Shown here one piece after another: positions 1-11,739 of a stretch of 30,938 nt of DNA. Numbering within the stretch: position 1 is the stretch's first letter; the number at the start of each line of letters is the position of its first letter. Source of the DNA: Coxiellaceae bacterium (GTDB taxonomy: Bacteria; Pseudomonadota; Gammaproteobacteria; Coxiellales; Coxiellaceae); contig JBGTHB010000062.1 in the NCBI GenBank assembly GCA_041746415.1, positions 1 to 30,938 of the forward strand, in the 5' to 3' direction. The notes beneath the pieces were generated by a model. That model had not been told where the DNA came from. It did no database searches and saw nothing but the letters and a program-made list of their open reading frames with translations. A program made the position numbers and the translations under genes.

Positions 1-474
1 GCCCACAGCAAAACGCCAATCAAAGCGCAATGCCACATAACACATGGTACCAATCAACGAAACAATAATGGCTAAAATACCATTGGTCATCAGTGTCTTG
101 CCGACCTGCGGGCCAATATAACTGAGCGAACCCACCTTAGCACCTGGTATAGCTGCAATTAAATCATGCTTTAATTTATCTTGCGATTCATTGGTGTGCG
201 GCCCCACCCGAATTGAAAAATCTTTAGCACTATAAGCCTGAACCACAGCCTGTGTGAAACCTGCTTGTTGTAATGATTGACGAATAACACCTGCATTTGT
301 GGGTTGCGCATAAGTCACTTCAACTTGCGTACCACCCGTAAAATCCAAGCCCAAATTTAAATGAAAAATAGCTAACGATAAAATTGAACCAATAATGATA
401 ATCGATGAAAAAATCGCCGCCCATTTGCGCTGGCGCATAAAAGGAATTTTGGTGTTAGATTTAAAAAACTCCAT
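1..474 (-). CDS. secF: Protein-export membrane protein SecF; N-terminal 158 codons, the gene continues past the window start
   Basis: A minus-strand ATG at 474..472 sits 1 bp after the secD stop. The translation begins MEFFKSNTKIPFMRQRKWAAIFSSIIIIGS...GLDFTGG, which matches the SecF N-terminus and first periplasmic region. The secD-secF adjacency is conserved. Confidence 0.85.
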   Translation of the reverse strand, partial: MEFFKSNTKIPFMRQRKWAAIFSSIIIIGSILSLAIFHLNLGLDFTGGTQVEVTYAQPTNAGVIRQSLQQAGFTQAVVQAYSAKDFSIRVGPHTNESQDKLKHDLIAAIPGAKVGSLSYIGPQVGKTLMTNGILAIIVSLIGTMCYVALRFDWRFAVG

Positions 475-475
475 G

Positions 476-2362
476 TTATTTTCCCTGCTCAGCATTGGGT
501 AAACGAATACCAATGGATAATTGTTTTACTTGACGATTACCATAAATTAAATTGACGATGCCACGGGTAAAGAATATCGCTGTCATCATCGAAGTAATTA
601 AACCAATAATTAATGTCACCGCAAAGCCTTGCACTGGTCCTGAACCCAACACTAATAACACCGTCGCCACAATTAATGTTGTAACGTTCGCATCCACAAT
701 GGTTGAAAACGCACGCTCATAACCGGCATAAATGGCCGCTTGGGGCGACATGCCGTTACGTAATTCTTCACGAATACGCTCATTGATTAACACATTGGCA
801 TCAACGGCCATACCCACCGTCAGCACTATACCCGCGATAGAAGGTAACGTCAGTGTTGCCCCCAATAATGATAAAATCGCAATAATAAACACAATATTTA
901 ATATCAATGCCACATCAGCGACTACGCCAAACAAGCGATAATAAAATAACATAAATAATATAACCATCAATGAACCAATTTCAGTTGATAGCACACCCAT
1001 GTGAATATTTTCTTTACCCAAACTTGGGCCGACCACACGTTCTTGCACAAAACTTACTGGTGCTGGATAAGCACCAGAGCGCAGTAAAAGTGCTAAATTT
1101 TGAGCGTACTGTGATGATTCTAAATTCGTAATTTGAAAGCGCGCACCTAAAGCTTCTTGAATGTTGGCCACATTAATTACGCGTTCAGATTGTTTTTGTC
1201 GTTCAATCACTTTGCCATTTTCTAAACTTTTAATAGTGTTTGTTTCAATATAAACAACAGCCAACGGTTTATTGACATTTTGCGCGGTAATTTTATTAAA
1301 CTGTGACACATCACTACCACCCACTTGCACCGATACCGCAGGACGACCATCTTCACCAATAATGCTTGAAGCGTTGGTGATGTCACTGCCTTTTAAAATT
1401 ACTTGGTTTTTAAGCAATACCGGACCATTGTCTGTTTGAAATAACTGATCACCAAACGGCACCACGCCCGTTTTTGCCGCGGCATTCGCGTCGCCTTCGG
1501 TATCAACTAATTGCAAACGAATCGTTGCCACTTTACCAATAATGTTTTTAGCGCGCGCTGTGTCTTGGATGCCCGGCAAATCCACACTAATGTGATCCGC
1601 ACCTTGTTGTTGGATAACTGGTTCGCCCACACCGAGTTCATTAACCCGTTTACGCAGAATAAATAAGTTTTGATCAATAGCGTATTCACGCATTTTTTGT
1701 AAATTTTCTGCAGACACTTCACCCACAATTACGGGTTCGCCATTTTGCGTTTTAGCGGTGAAGGTATAATTAGGAAATCGCTGCGCCAAAAAAGCCAGCG
1801 CTTTTTGCTGGTTGTCTGTTTTTTCAAAGCCAATCACTACGCCTTTAGTGCCAAGGTTGTCTAAATGTCGATAGCGAATTTCTGCCGTACGCAATTCACG
1901 ACCAAAGGATTGAATATCGCTTTGCTGATCGTGTTCAACTAACGCGGCGCTGTTTACATATAACAAAAAATGAATACCACCACGCAAGTCCAAACCCAGG
2001 TTCATTGGTTTAGCGCCTATGGCTTCTAACCAAGCGGGTGTTTTTGAAGCGAGATTAAGCGCTACCGAGTAATCCGGGCCTAATACTGCTTGAATCACAT
2101 CTTGCGCTTTTAATTGCTCTTCGGTATCCGCAAAACGCACCAGCGCAATTTGTTTTTGTGCCGTTACAGAAAGAAACGAAATATTTTGCTGCTGCAAGGT
2201 TGAAGTAACTTTTTGGATTACAGCCGCTGCAATTGGCGCACCATTTTTATTGGAAAGCTGAATCGCTGGATCCGAACCAAATAAATTAGGCAACGCATAA
2301 ATAACACCGATCACAATCAGCACAATCATTAATACATAGCGCCAAGGTGAATAGCGATTCAC
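476..2362 (-). CDS. secD: Protein-export membrane protein SecD
   Basis: The 628-aa ORF starts MNRYSPWRYVLMIVLIVIGVIYALPNLFG. It shows the SecD periplasmic domain and a C-terminal cluster of TM helices, and lies in the yajC-secD-secF operon context. Confidence 0.95.
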   Translation of the reverse strand: MNRYSPWRYVLMIVLIVIGVIYALPNLFGSDPAIQLSNKNGAPIAAAVIQKVTSTLQQQNISFLSVTAQKQIALVRFADTEEQLKAQDVIQAVLGPDYSVALNLASKTPAWLEAIGAKPMNLGLDLRGGIHFLLYVNSAALVEHDQQSDIQSFGRELRTAEIRYRHLDNLGTKGVVIGFEKTDNQQKALAFLAQRFPNYTFTAKTQNGEPVIVGEVSAENLQKMREYAIDQNLFILRKRVNELGVGEPVIQQQGADHISVDLPGIQDTARAKNIIGKVATIRLQLVDTEGDANAAAKTGVVPFGDQLFQTDNGPVLLKNQVILKGSDITNASSIIGEDGRPAVSVQVGGSDVSQFNKITAQNVNKPLAVVYIETNTIKSLENGKVIERQKQSERVINVANIQEALGARFQITNLESSQYAQNLALLLRSGAYPAPVSFVQERVVGPSLGKENIHMGVLSTEIGSLMVILFMLFYYRLFGVVADVALILNIVFIIAILSLLGATLTLPSIAGIVLTVGMAVDANVLINERIREELRNGMSPQAAIYAGYERAFSTIVDANVTTLIVATVLLVLGSGPVQGFAVTLIIGLITSMMTAIFFTRGIVNLIYGNRQVKQLSIGIRLPNAEQGK

Positions 2363-2374
2363 AACGACTCCTTG

Positions 2375-2731
2375 TTAATTAGCAGCGTCCATAGTGCCTT
2401 TTGGTAATACCGAAGCAATCGAGCTTTTTTGAATGGTGATTTCTGTATCTTTACTAATACGCACCACTAAAAAATTATCCCGTAAACGTGTAATTTTAGC
2501 CACAATACCGCCGGCCGTTAAAATTTCATCACCCACAGTTAATTTTTCTAATAATTGTTTTTGTTGTTTAGCGCGTTTTGATTGCGGACGGATCAAAACA
2601 AAATAAAAAAATACAATAATTAATAATGGTAACAGGAACATAGACCATGGACTGGATGGATGCGCTGCTGCTGTGCCCGTTGCAGGTGCTGCAAAAGCTG
2701 TGCCAACCCCAAGTAAACTTAATAATGACAT
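2375..2731 (-). CDS. yajC: Preprotein translocase subunit YajC
   Basis: The 118-aa ORF has a single TM (LLPLLIIVFFYFVLIRPQ) followed by QSKRAKQQKQLLEKLTVGDEILTAGGIVAKI, which is the YajC signature. It lies between tgt and secD, the conserved order. Confidence 0.9.
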   Translation of the reverse strand: MSLLSLLGVGTAFAAPATGTAAAHPSSPWSMFLLPLLIIVFFYFVLIRPQSKRAKQQKQLLEKLTVGDEILTAGGIVAKITRLRDNFLVVRISKDTEITIQKSSIASVLPKGTMDAAN

Positions 2732-2732
2732 A

Positions 2733-5084
<2,352 letters not shown>

Positions 5085-5140
5085 AGCGTATTTAGCTATT
5101 TTTTATAGTTAAGTGTTGCACTAAATGAAACAAACTGTTT

Positions 5141-5181
5141 CCCTAACAACTGTTTATGCCTAACTTGTTTTTTTGTTAGGG
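5141..5181 (+). promoter_or_regulatory. Nested inverted repeats built from CCTAAC/GTTAGG units upstream of the SPFH gene. They could form alternative hairpins, an operator, or a terminator for the MFS gene.
   Basis: ccctaacaa (5141-5149) pairs with ttgttaggg (5173-5181). cctaac (5159-5164) pairs with gttagg (5175-5180) across a T-rich loop. A further ttagg follows. A GGAGA ribosome-binding site lies at 5201-5205. Confidence 0.35.
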
Positions 5182-5212
5182 TTAGGACTAACCGCACCAC
5201 AGGAGAAATTTT

Positions 5213-6793
5213 ATGCGAAAAGCAGACGAACCAGCAGTATCAGCAGGCTATCAATTACTTGAAGAAACGGGCCAGGCAAGTGCGCCACGCGAAGAAAAAA
5301 GTGCGTCCTTGCAAAAATCTCAACCCATTTCACATAAAGTAGACTTTTTAAAACCTAATGTGCTTTCACGAGATCATTTTGCTACATTTGTAAATACTTC
5401 TGGATTACGAACTGACACAAGCAAAGCAACTTACTCATTCTTATCAACTTTATACTGGCTAGCTGGCTGCGGAGCCTGTTGCTTTCAAGTTTTACGTGAC
5501 AATGGCCCAACACAAGTAACTTTAGGACGAGACTGGAGAAATAATGTGTATGCTGATACTAGCCCAGTAACACGAATGCTTTCGTGCTTAACTCCCATTA
5601 CTGACCAGTTCGATTTCTCAGACTTTACACGAGTTAATAGTAATATTCACCATCTCTCAAAAGATGATATTCATCTAGTTCATGTTCCGCCAGGAAAATA
5701 CGGTAAAGCAATTATTGATAACAAACCCTTGTTACTGACTGCAAGTGATGATGGGGGTTATCATGCTTTTAAAACAGCGAATTTCCGCTTTGAAGGATTA
5801 GAAGATACCAATACAGATGTTATTCATGTTGGTAATGCGTATGTAATCAATGTCAAACGTGGTTTTGCTGTAGTTGGCAACGCACCAAACGCTGAAAACG
5901 AAAATGAGAAATTCTTTATATTACGTGAAGGTTTTTATACACTCCGATCAGATGTTGTTAAATTGAATAAAACGCCAGTAAAAACAACACTCATCCAAAA
6001 AGCACAAACATTGAAAGTATCTACTTTCGAGCCAATTGAGTTGGACGTATCTATTTCATTAGCTTACAAAATTGCCCTTGATAAGGCTTTAACGAAATTT
6101 GACTACACCAATTTACAAGACGAAATCACTTTTTTTGTTGAACAACATGTGCAAACTGCAGTTTCAGCAATTATCCGTGATTTAAAATATACCGAATTAA
6201 TGAGCTTTCAAGCCGCTAAATCTGGTGAAACGTTAACTAGAGGAAGCATAGCAGTTAACCCTGCACCAGCAAGATCACAAGAAGAAAAAGGTCAAGCTAA
6301 TAGCCAGCATACTTCTTCGAGTCCTTTTGAAAACATCAGCGCCCAAATAAAATCAAAACTTGAAAATGCATTTAGAGATCATGGAGTTGATGTAGATGGT
6401 TTTCGCATAGCGGATGTCAAAGTAAGCGATCCACGTTTACGAGAAAAATTTCAAGGACAAAACGAACAAGTGGTTGAGCGACGAGCTGCTTTGTCAGCCG
6501 CTACAGTTGAACGCGAAACAACCGTAACTAAAGCAAGCGCAGACGCTGATAAAATGCGTATCGCTGCTGAAGGATATGCACAATCTGAAGCGATTCGCGC
6601 ACAAGCAGACCGTGATGCAATGTTGGTGCGTGATGAGGCAATGAAAGGAGCATCATCTGCCGCCATTCGACAAGCTTTATTTGGTGCAGCACGAGATGCC
6701 TTGCCACACGGTGCCACGGTTATTATCAGTGATGGTAAAGGGATAGTAGACGGAGTTGCCGCATCTCTGCTAGGCATGAGAAATCAGCAATAA
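5213..6793 (+). CDS. SPFH/band-7 (flotillin/stomatin-like) domain protein with an N-terminal extension of about 220 aa
   Basis: The region from about aa 225 to 430 follows the SPFH pattern (FFILREGFYTL...KTTLIQKAQTLKVSTFEPIELDVSISLAYKIA...). The C-terminus is a flotillin/HflK-like Ala/Glu/Arg-rich coiled coil (RRAALSAATVERETTVTKASADADKMRIAAEGYAQSEAIRAQADRDAMLVRDEA). The ATG at 5213 has an AGGAGA ribosome-binding site. The gene looks visibly GC-richer than its neighbours. Confidence 0.7.
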   Translation: MRKADEPAVSAGYQLLEETGQASAPREEKSASLQKSQPISHKVDFLKPNVLSRDHFATFVNTSGLRTDTSKATYSFLSTLYWLAGCGACCFQVLRDNGPTQVTLGRDWRNNVYADTSPVTRMLSCLTPITDQFDFSDFTRVNSNIHHLSKDDIHLVHVPPGKYGKAIIDNKPLLLTASDDGGYHAFKTANFRFEGLEDTNTDVIHVGNAYVINVKRGFAVVGNAPNAENENEKFFILREGFYTLRSDVVKLNKTPVKTTLIQKAQTLKVSTFEPIELDVSISLAYKIALDKALTKFDYTNLQDEITFFVEQHVQTAVSAIIRDLKYTELMSFQAAKSGETLTRGSIAVNPAPARSQEEKGQANSQHTSSSPFENISAQIKSKLENAFRDHGVDVDGFRIADVKVSDPRLREKFQGQNEQVVERRAALSAATVERETTVTKASADADKMRIAAEGYAQSEAIRAQADRDAMLVRDEAMKGASSAAIRQALFGAARDALPHGATVIISDGKGIVDGVAASLLGMRNQQ

Positions 6794-6816
6794 TAATTTT
6801 TAGCAGTAGCTTATTA

Positions 6817-6839
6817 TTGGCCAGCTCAAAGCTGGCCAA
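6817..6839 (+). terminator. GC-rich hairpin downstream of the SPFH gene; candidate intrinsic terminator with a weak U-tract
   Basis: ttggccagc (6817-6825), loop tcaaa, then gctggccaa (6831-6839) form a perfect 9-bp stem. The downstream sequence aactaattgaaaatt is A/T-rich but not a clean T-run. Confidence 0.45.
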
Positions 6840-6880
6840 ACTAATTGAAAATTCCCACTCAAACGCGCACAATCGCGCCC

Positions 6881-7948
6881 ATGCGTGACAAAACAAAAGT
6901 GATAGTCGGACTTTCTGGCGGCGTTGATTCTGCTGTCAGTGCTTTATTGCTGCAACAGCAGGGTTTTGCTGTGTCCGCTATGTTTATGCAAAACTGGCAG
7001 GCGGAACGGGATGATCCTTACTGCACCGCCGAGCAAGATTTAACCGACGCGCGTGCGGTGTGCGATGATCTTGGCATTGAACTCAGTGTCGTCAATTTCA
7101 GCCAACAATATTGGGATCAAGTATTTCAATATTGTTTAGATGAATACGCCAAAGGTCGCACGCCTAACCCAGATATTTGGTGCAACAGTGAAATTAAATT
7201 CAAAGTGTTTATGCAACACGCGATGCAACACGGCGCTGATTTTTTAGCCACTGGGCATTATGCGCGCGTTAGAAAAAATAAGGATAAATATGAACTGTTG
7301 CGTGGTTTAGATAGCAAAAAAGATCAAAGTTATTTTTTGCATGCGTTAAATCAGCAGCAACTAGCGCATTCTATTTTTCCACTCGGTGAGTTAGAAAAAA
7401 CTGTCGTGCGCCAACTTGCCAGCCAAAACCATTTCATTAATCACAACAAAAAAGACAGCACCGGTATTTGTTTTATTGGCGAGCGTAAATTTAAAGATTT
7501 TTTAAGTCAGTTTATTTTAGCTAAACCCGGCAATATGGAAACGCCCGATGGCAAAATCGTTGGCAAACACGATGGCGTGATGTTTTACACCATTGGCCAA
7601 CGCAAAGGTTTAAATATTGGTGGTCGACGTGAAGCAGACGAAAAGCCATGGTACGTGATTGATAAAGATGTAAAACGCAATGTGTTGATTGTCGGCCAAG
7701 GCCACGACCATCCATTATTATATTCCGCTGCACTCACGTGTGAAAATGTGCACTGGATAAGCGGTGTTGCCCCTGCCCTGCCCTTGCAATGCACGGCCAA
7801 AATTCGTTACCACCAAGATGACCAAGCATGTGTCGTTAACGCCCAACACCAAGTTGAATTCGCTGTGGCGCAACGCGCTATTGCACCAGGACAATCCATC
7901 GTATTTTACCAACATGAAATTTGCCTCGGTGGAGGCATCATAAAATAA
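6881..7948 (+). CDS. mnmA: tRNA-specific 2-thiouridylase MnmA
   Basis: The PP-loop [15 protein letters not shown] is present, along with motifs NPDIWCN and GICFIGER. An alternative TTG start at 6845 adds 12 codons. Confidence 0.93.
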   Translation: MRDKTKVIVGLSGGVDSAVSALLLQQQGFAVSAMFMQNWQAERDDPYCTAEQDLTDARAVCDDLGIELSVVNFSQQYWDQVFQYCLDEYAKGRTPNPDIWCNSEIKFKVFMQHAMQHGADFLATGHYARVRKNKDKYELLRGLDSKKDQSYFLHALNQQQLAHSIFPLGELEKTVVRQLASQNHFINHNKKDSTGICFIGERKFKDFLSQFILAKPGNMETPDGKIVGKHDGVMFYTIGQRKGLNIGGRREADEKPWYVIDKDVKRNVLIVGQGHDHPLLYSAALTCENVHWISGVAPALPLQCTAKIRYHQDDQACVVNAQHQVEFAVAQRAIAPGQSIVFYQHEICLGGGIIK

Positions 7949-7949
7949 T

Positions 7950-10900
7950 ATGTTAAAAACACCTCAATTTACTGACCAAGATCACGAAATCATTTGGGAT
8001 AATTTACCCGGTAGCAGTCTCGCCTTCGCTATCCACGAACTCGCTTCACAGCAAAAAAAACCGTGGCTGGTGATCACACCCGATATATTAACAGCAGAAC
8101 AACTGATACGTGAGTTGCGTTTTTTAAGCGAACAGCATTACGCTGTTACTCGTTTACCCGATTGGGAAACACTGCCGTTCGATCATTTTTCACCGCATGA
8201 AGATATTATTTCCGATCGTTTGCGCACCTTGTATCAATTACCACAAATGGCTAATGGTGTTATCGTGGCAGCCATTACCACGCTAATGCATCGCTTGTTA
8301 CCACAAACATTTTTACAACAACACACGTTAATGCTTAAAACCGGCCAATCATTGCAGTTTGAGCAGTATAAACGCAACCTGGTTGATAACGGTTATCGGC
8401 ATAGCGCGCAAGTATTATCGCACGGTGAATTTGCTTATCGTGGTGCAATTTTAGATATTTTCCCCATGGGCTTAAATCATCCCCTGCGCATTGAGTTGTT
8501 TGATAACGAAATTGAAAGCATTCGCCACTTTGATATCGAAACCCAACGCTCAACAGAAAAAATCGACCGCATCGAATTACTGCCTGCGCGTGAATACCCA
8601 TTAGATGAAAACGGTATCACGCATTTTCGTCAGCATTGGCGCGAGCAGTTTAGTGGTAACCCACTCAATGCGCCGCTGTATCAACAAATCAGTAATGGCA
8701 TACCTGCCAATGGCAGTGAATATTATTTAGCGTTGTTTTTTGATAAGCTAGCCACAATTTTCGATTACTTACCCACAAACACAGCACTTATATTTGCCGA
8801 TGATCCCAAAGACAATGCAGCACAATTTAGCGCCGAAGCCAAAGAACGGTATCAACAACTCAGTGGCGACATCCAACGCCCTATTCTGCCGCCAGCACAA
8901 ATTTATTTATCATTAACGGATTTTTTTACTCACGCCAAAACATTTTCACAAGTTAAGTTATTTACAAAAAAAGTAGCGCGTACACAACAACAAGCGGACA
9001 TCAGTCTGCTACCAGATATTAAAATTGCTGCTCAAAGCGGTGCGCGTTTTAATAAACTGAAAACATTTATTGCTGAGCACCCTTATAAAATTATTTTGTG
9101 TGCTGAATCCAACGGCCGTCGCGAAACTTTACTTGATTTGCTTCATGCAGAGGAACTTTTTCCCGCGCAACATGACACATTCACCGCAGCACTTAATGCT
9201 GAACAACCTCTTAATATTGTGGTTGCACCATTTGATAAAGGCTTTATTGCGCATCACGCCAACATCACTTTAATTTGTGAAGGTGATTTACTTGGCGAAC
9301 GCGTACAACAACGACGATTACGCAGCTCAACTGCAGCTATTGATCCTGATGCCATAATTCGTAACCTCAATGAACTCACCGTCGGCGCAGCAATAGTGCA
9401 TTTGCAACACGGTATTGGTCGCTATTTAGGTTTGGAAACGATAACCACCAGCGATATGGTTGCTGATTACATTAGTTTAGGCTACGCCGATAAAGCAAAA
9501 ATTTATGTGCCGGTTAGCTCGCTAAATTTAATTTCACGCTATACCGGTGTCGACAGCGAGCATGCGCCGATTAGTAAATTGGGCAGCAAAAAATGGGATC
9601 GTGAAAAACACAAGGCCTTTGAAAAAATTCGTGATACCGCAGTGGAACTGCTCGAACTGTATGCTCAACGTGAAGCAACCGCTGGTTTTGCATTCAGTAA
9701 ACCGAATGTCGATTATTTTCAATTTGCGCAAAGTTTTGCATTTGAAACCACACCCGATCAGCAACGTGCGATTGATGACGTATTTCAAGACATGCAACGC
9801 CAGCGCTGCATGGATAGATTAGTCTGTGGCGATGTTGGATTTGGCAAAACAGAAGTCGCCATGCGCGCGGCATTTCTTGCTGTTCAAAATAATAAACAAG
9901 TTGCAATGTTAGTGCCCACCACGTTGCTCGCCACGCAACATGGCCAAACTTTTAAAGATCGCTTTGCTGATTTTCCGGTAAAAATCGCCGTAATGTCGCG
10001 CGGTAACAGCGCTAAAGAAGCCGCAGAAATTCGTCAACAACTGGCTAATGGCAAGATTGATATCATCATTGGGACACATGGATTATTAGGCGACAGCATT
10101 CAATTTAAAAATCTAGGGTTATTGATTGTGGATGAGGAACACCGTTTCGGCGTCCATCAAAAAGATCGCATTAAAAAACTCAGCGTTAATACCGATGCGC
10201 TAACCTTAACTGCCACACCTATTCCACGTACGTTAAGTTTTGCTCTCGCTGGTACGCGTGATCTTTCTATTATTAGCACGCCGCCACCAAAACGACGTTC
10301 AATTAAAACGTTTATTCATGAAAGCAGTAACAGTTTAATTCGTGAAGCCTTATTACGTGAAATTTTACGTGGCGGCCAAGTATATTTTTTGCATAACAAA
10401 GTGGAAACTATCCAAACCACAGCACATAAACTCCGTGAAATGTTGCCTGAAGCACGCGTGATCGTAGGTCATGGTCAAATGAATGAGCGTGAACTGGAAC
10501 GCGTCATGAGTGATTTCTATCATCAAAAATATAATGTATTAGTGGCTACCACTATAATTGAATCGGGCATTGACGTGCCAACTGCCAACACCATAATTAT
10601 TGATCGAGCAGATAAATTCGGTTTAGCACAACTGCATCAATTGCGCGGTCGAGTGGGTCGTTCACATCACCAAGCTTATGCTTATTTGCTCACGCCACCG
10701 TGGAAAGTTATTACTTCAGATGCCAAAAAAAGACTTGAAGCCTTCGAGCAATTAGGTGATTTGGGTATTGGTTTTAGTTTAGCGACACATGATCTAGAGA
10801 TACGCGGCGCCGGTGAACTGCTGGGGGACGAACAAAGTGGTCATATGCAAACAATTGGTTTTTCACTTTATATGGAATTACTAAGTGAAGCGGTAAAATC

Positions 10901-11381
10901 ATTAAAACTAGGCAAAACACCGCAATTAGAAGCAGCTGAACAAATGGATATTGAAATTAAACTGGGCGTTTCTTCATTGTTTCCTGAAACCTACATCAAT
11001 GATATTGCATTACGTTTAACTCTTTATAAGCGCTTGGCCAGCTGTGAAAACGATCATGAAATACAACAATTCAAAAGTGAATTGATCGATCGTTTTGGCT
11101 TACTACCAGAGCCGGCGCAACATTTATTTAGCATCGCAAAAATAAAATGTCGCGCCAAAAAAATCGGACTGCGAAAAATTGAATTAACTAAAGATTTTGG
11201 CTATTTGCATTTCACTAAAAACCCCAATATGGACCCGATAAACTTGATTAAACTCATTCAGTCGCAACCCAATATCTATAAACTACAAGGCCCGGAAGTG
11301 TTACGCGTTATCAACAAAAACCAAACGGCTGATGAGAAATTTAATTTTCTCAACAAACTTCTAAATAAACTCACTGCGTAA
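7950..11381 (+). CDS. mfd: Transcription-repair coupling factor Mfd
   Basis: The 1143-aa protein has a UvrB-homology N-terminus. Its superfamily-2 helicase core carries Walker A (GDVGFGKTEVAMRAAF) and a DEEH box (LLIVDEEHRFGV). The TRG region and C-terminal domain are present. Confidence 0.95.
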   Translation: MLKTPQFTDQDHEIIWDNLPGSSLAFAIHELASQQKKPWLVITPDILTAEQLIRELRFLSEQHYAVTRLPDWETLPFDHFSPHEDIISDRLRTLYQLPQMANGVIVAAITTLMHRLLPQTFLQQHTLMLKTGQSLQFEQYKRNLVDNGYRHSAQVLSHGEFAYRGAILDIFPMGLNHPLRIELFDNEIESIRHFDIETQRSTEKIDRIELLPAREYPLDENGITHFRQHWREQFSGNPLNAPLYQQISNGIPANGSEYYLALFFDKLATIFDYLPTNTALIFADDPKDNAAQFSAEAKERYQQLSGDIQRPILPPAQIYLSLTDFFTHAKTFSQVKLFTKKVARTQQQADISLLPDIKIAAQSGARFNKLKTFIAEHPYKIILCAESNGRRETLLDLLHAEELFPAQHDTFTAALNAEQPLNIVVAPFDKGFIAHHANITLICEGDLLGERVQQRRLRSSTAAIDPDAIIRNLNELTVGAAIVHLQHGIGRYLGLETITTSDMVADYISLGYADKAKIYVPVSSLNLISRYTGVDSEHAPISKLGSKKWDREKHKAFEKIRDTAVELLELYAQREATAGFAFSKPNVDYFQFAQSFAFETTPDQQRAIDDVFQDMQRQRCMDRLVCGDVGFGKTEVAMRAAFLAVQNNKQVAMLVPTTLLATQHGQTFKDRFADFPVKIAVMSRGNSAKEAAEIRQQLANGKIDIIIGTHGLLGDSIQFKNLGLLIVDEEHRFGVHQKDRIKKLSVNTDALTLTATPIPRTLSFALAGTRDLSIISTPPPKRRSIKTFIHESSNSLIREALLREILRGGQVYFLHNKVETIQTTAHKLREMLPEARVIVGHGQMNERELERVMSDFYHQKYNVLVATTIIESGIDVPTANTIIIDRADKFGLAQLHQLRGRVGRSHHQAYAYLLTPPWKVITSDAKKRLEAFEQLGDLGIGFSLATHDLEIRGAGELLGDEQSGHMQTIGFSLYMELLSEAVKSLKLGKTPQLEAAEQMDIEIKLGVSSLFPETYINDIALRLTLYKRLASCENDHEIQQFKSELIDRFGLLPEPAQHLFSIAKIKCRAKKIGLRKIELTKDFGYLHFTKNPNMDPINLIKLIQSQPNIYKLQGPEVLRVINKNQTADEKFNFLNKLLNKLTA

Positions 11382-11398
11382 GCACACGTGAAAGGTGA

Positions 11399-11470
11399 GT
11401 CATGGCGAGCGAGGTACGAGCGTCGCCATCCATATGCCGATGTTTTTAGCAGCACTCATACATGGATCAC
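11399..11470 (+). repeat. Copy 1 of a ~70-bp tandem direct repeat containing a hairpin followed by a T-run
   Basis: gtcatggcgagcgaggtacgagcgtcgccatccatatgccgatgttttt recurs almost identically at 11541. It carries a 7-bp stem, atggcga paired with tcgccat. It sits just 3' of the mfd stop, so it may act as the mfd terminator. Confidence 0.75.
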
Positions 11471-11507
11471 GACGCTCGATGACTCACTCGTGATGACAGA
11501 AAAAGAA
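11458..11507 (+). repeat. Member of a ~45-50 bp intergenic repeat family with consensus catggatcac[g/t]acgc...cgtgatgaca[g/c]aaaaag
   Basis: Here the element reads atggatcacgacgctcgatgactcactcgtgatgacagaaaaag. It contains a 7-bp inverted repeat, atcacga paired with tcgtgat. Related copies lie at 25951 and 29853. Confidence 0.6.
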
Positions 11508-11540
11508 TTGCACACGCACGTATCGTCAGAAAAAAATCTT

Positions 11541-11612
11541 GTCATGGCGAGCGAGGTACGAGCGTCGCCATCCATATGCCGATGTTTTTTAGTAGCACCT
11601 ATACATAGATTG
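11541..11612 (+). repeat. Copy 2 of the tandem direct repeat, 142 bp downstream of copy 1
   Basis: Near-identical to 11399-11455, with one extra T and agc changed to agt. The following ~15 bp are also similar (catacatggatca versus ctatacatagatt). Confidence 0.75.
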
Positions 11613-11739
11613 TTACGCGTGTTGTACGCACTCTCAATTCTAAATAAATTTATTCAAAACAAAACCACGATTTATTCTGCTTAAATTACAAACAAATCCC
11701 TGTATTGTCACTAAAAAAAATAATCTGCAAAATCACGCC

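Noticed and set aside
732-941. 69-aa plus-strand ORF (and a 73-aa minus-strand ORF at 1507..1728) inside secD
   Set aside because: These are shadow ORFs wholly embedded in the well-supported secD coding region. They are low-complexity and have no ribosome-binding site.
6451-6777. 108-aa minus-strand ORF inside the SPFH gene
   Set aside because: It is an antisense ORF produced by the locally elevated GC content of the 3' part of the SPFH gene. The Ala/Arg/Ser-rich translation is typical of a GC-rich shadow frame.
7521-7915. Three overlapping minus-strand ORFs (65-71 aa) inside mnmA, plus several small ORFs inside mfd (8335..8601, 9070..9273, 9534..9906)
   Set aside because: All are embedded antisense or off-frame within high-confidence genes.
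11399-11612. Possible CRISPR array
   Set aside because: There are only two direct-repeat copies, 142 bp apart. The unit is about 70 bp, and nothing cas-like lies nearby. The T6SS proteins downstream are unrelated to Cas.
11388-11684. 98-aa plus-strand ORF spanning the mfd/T6SS spacer
   Set aside because: Its reading frame runs through both copies of the tandem direct repeat, so it translates to a repeated peptide. It has no ribosome-binding site and is better explained as non-coding repeat DNA.
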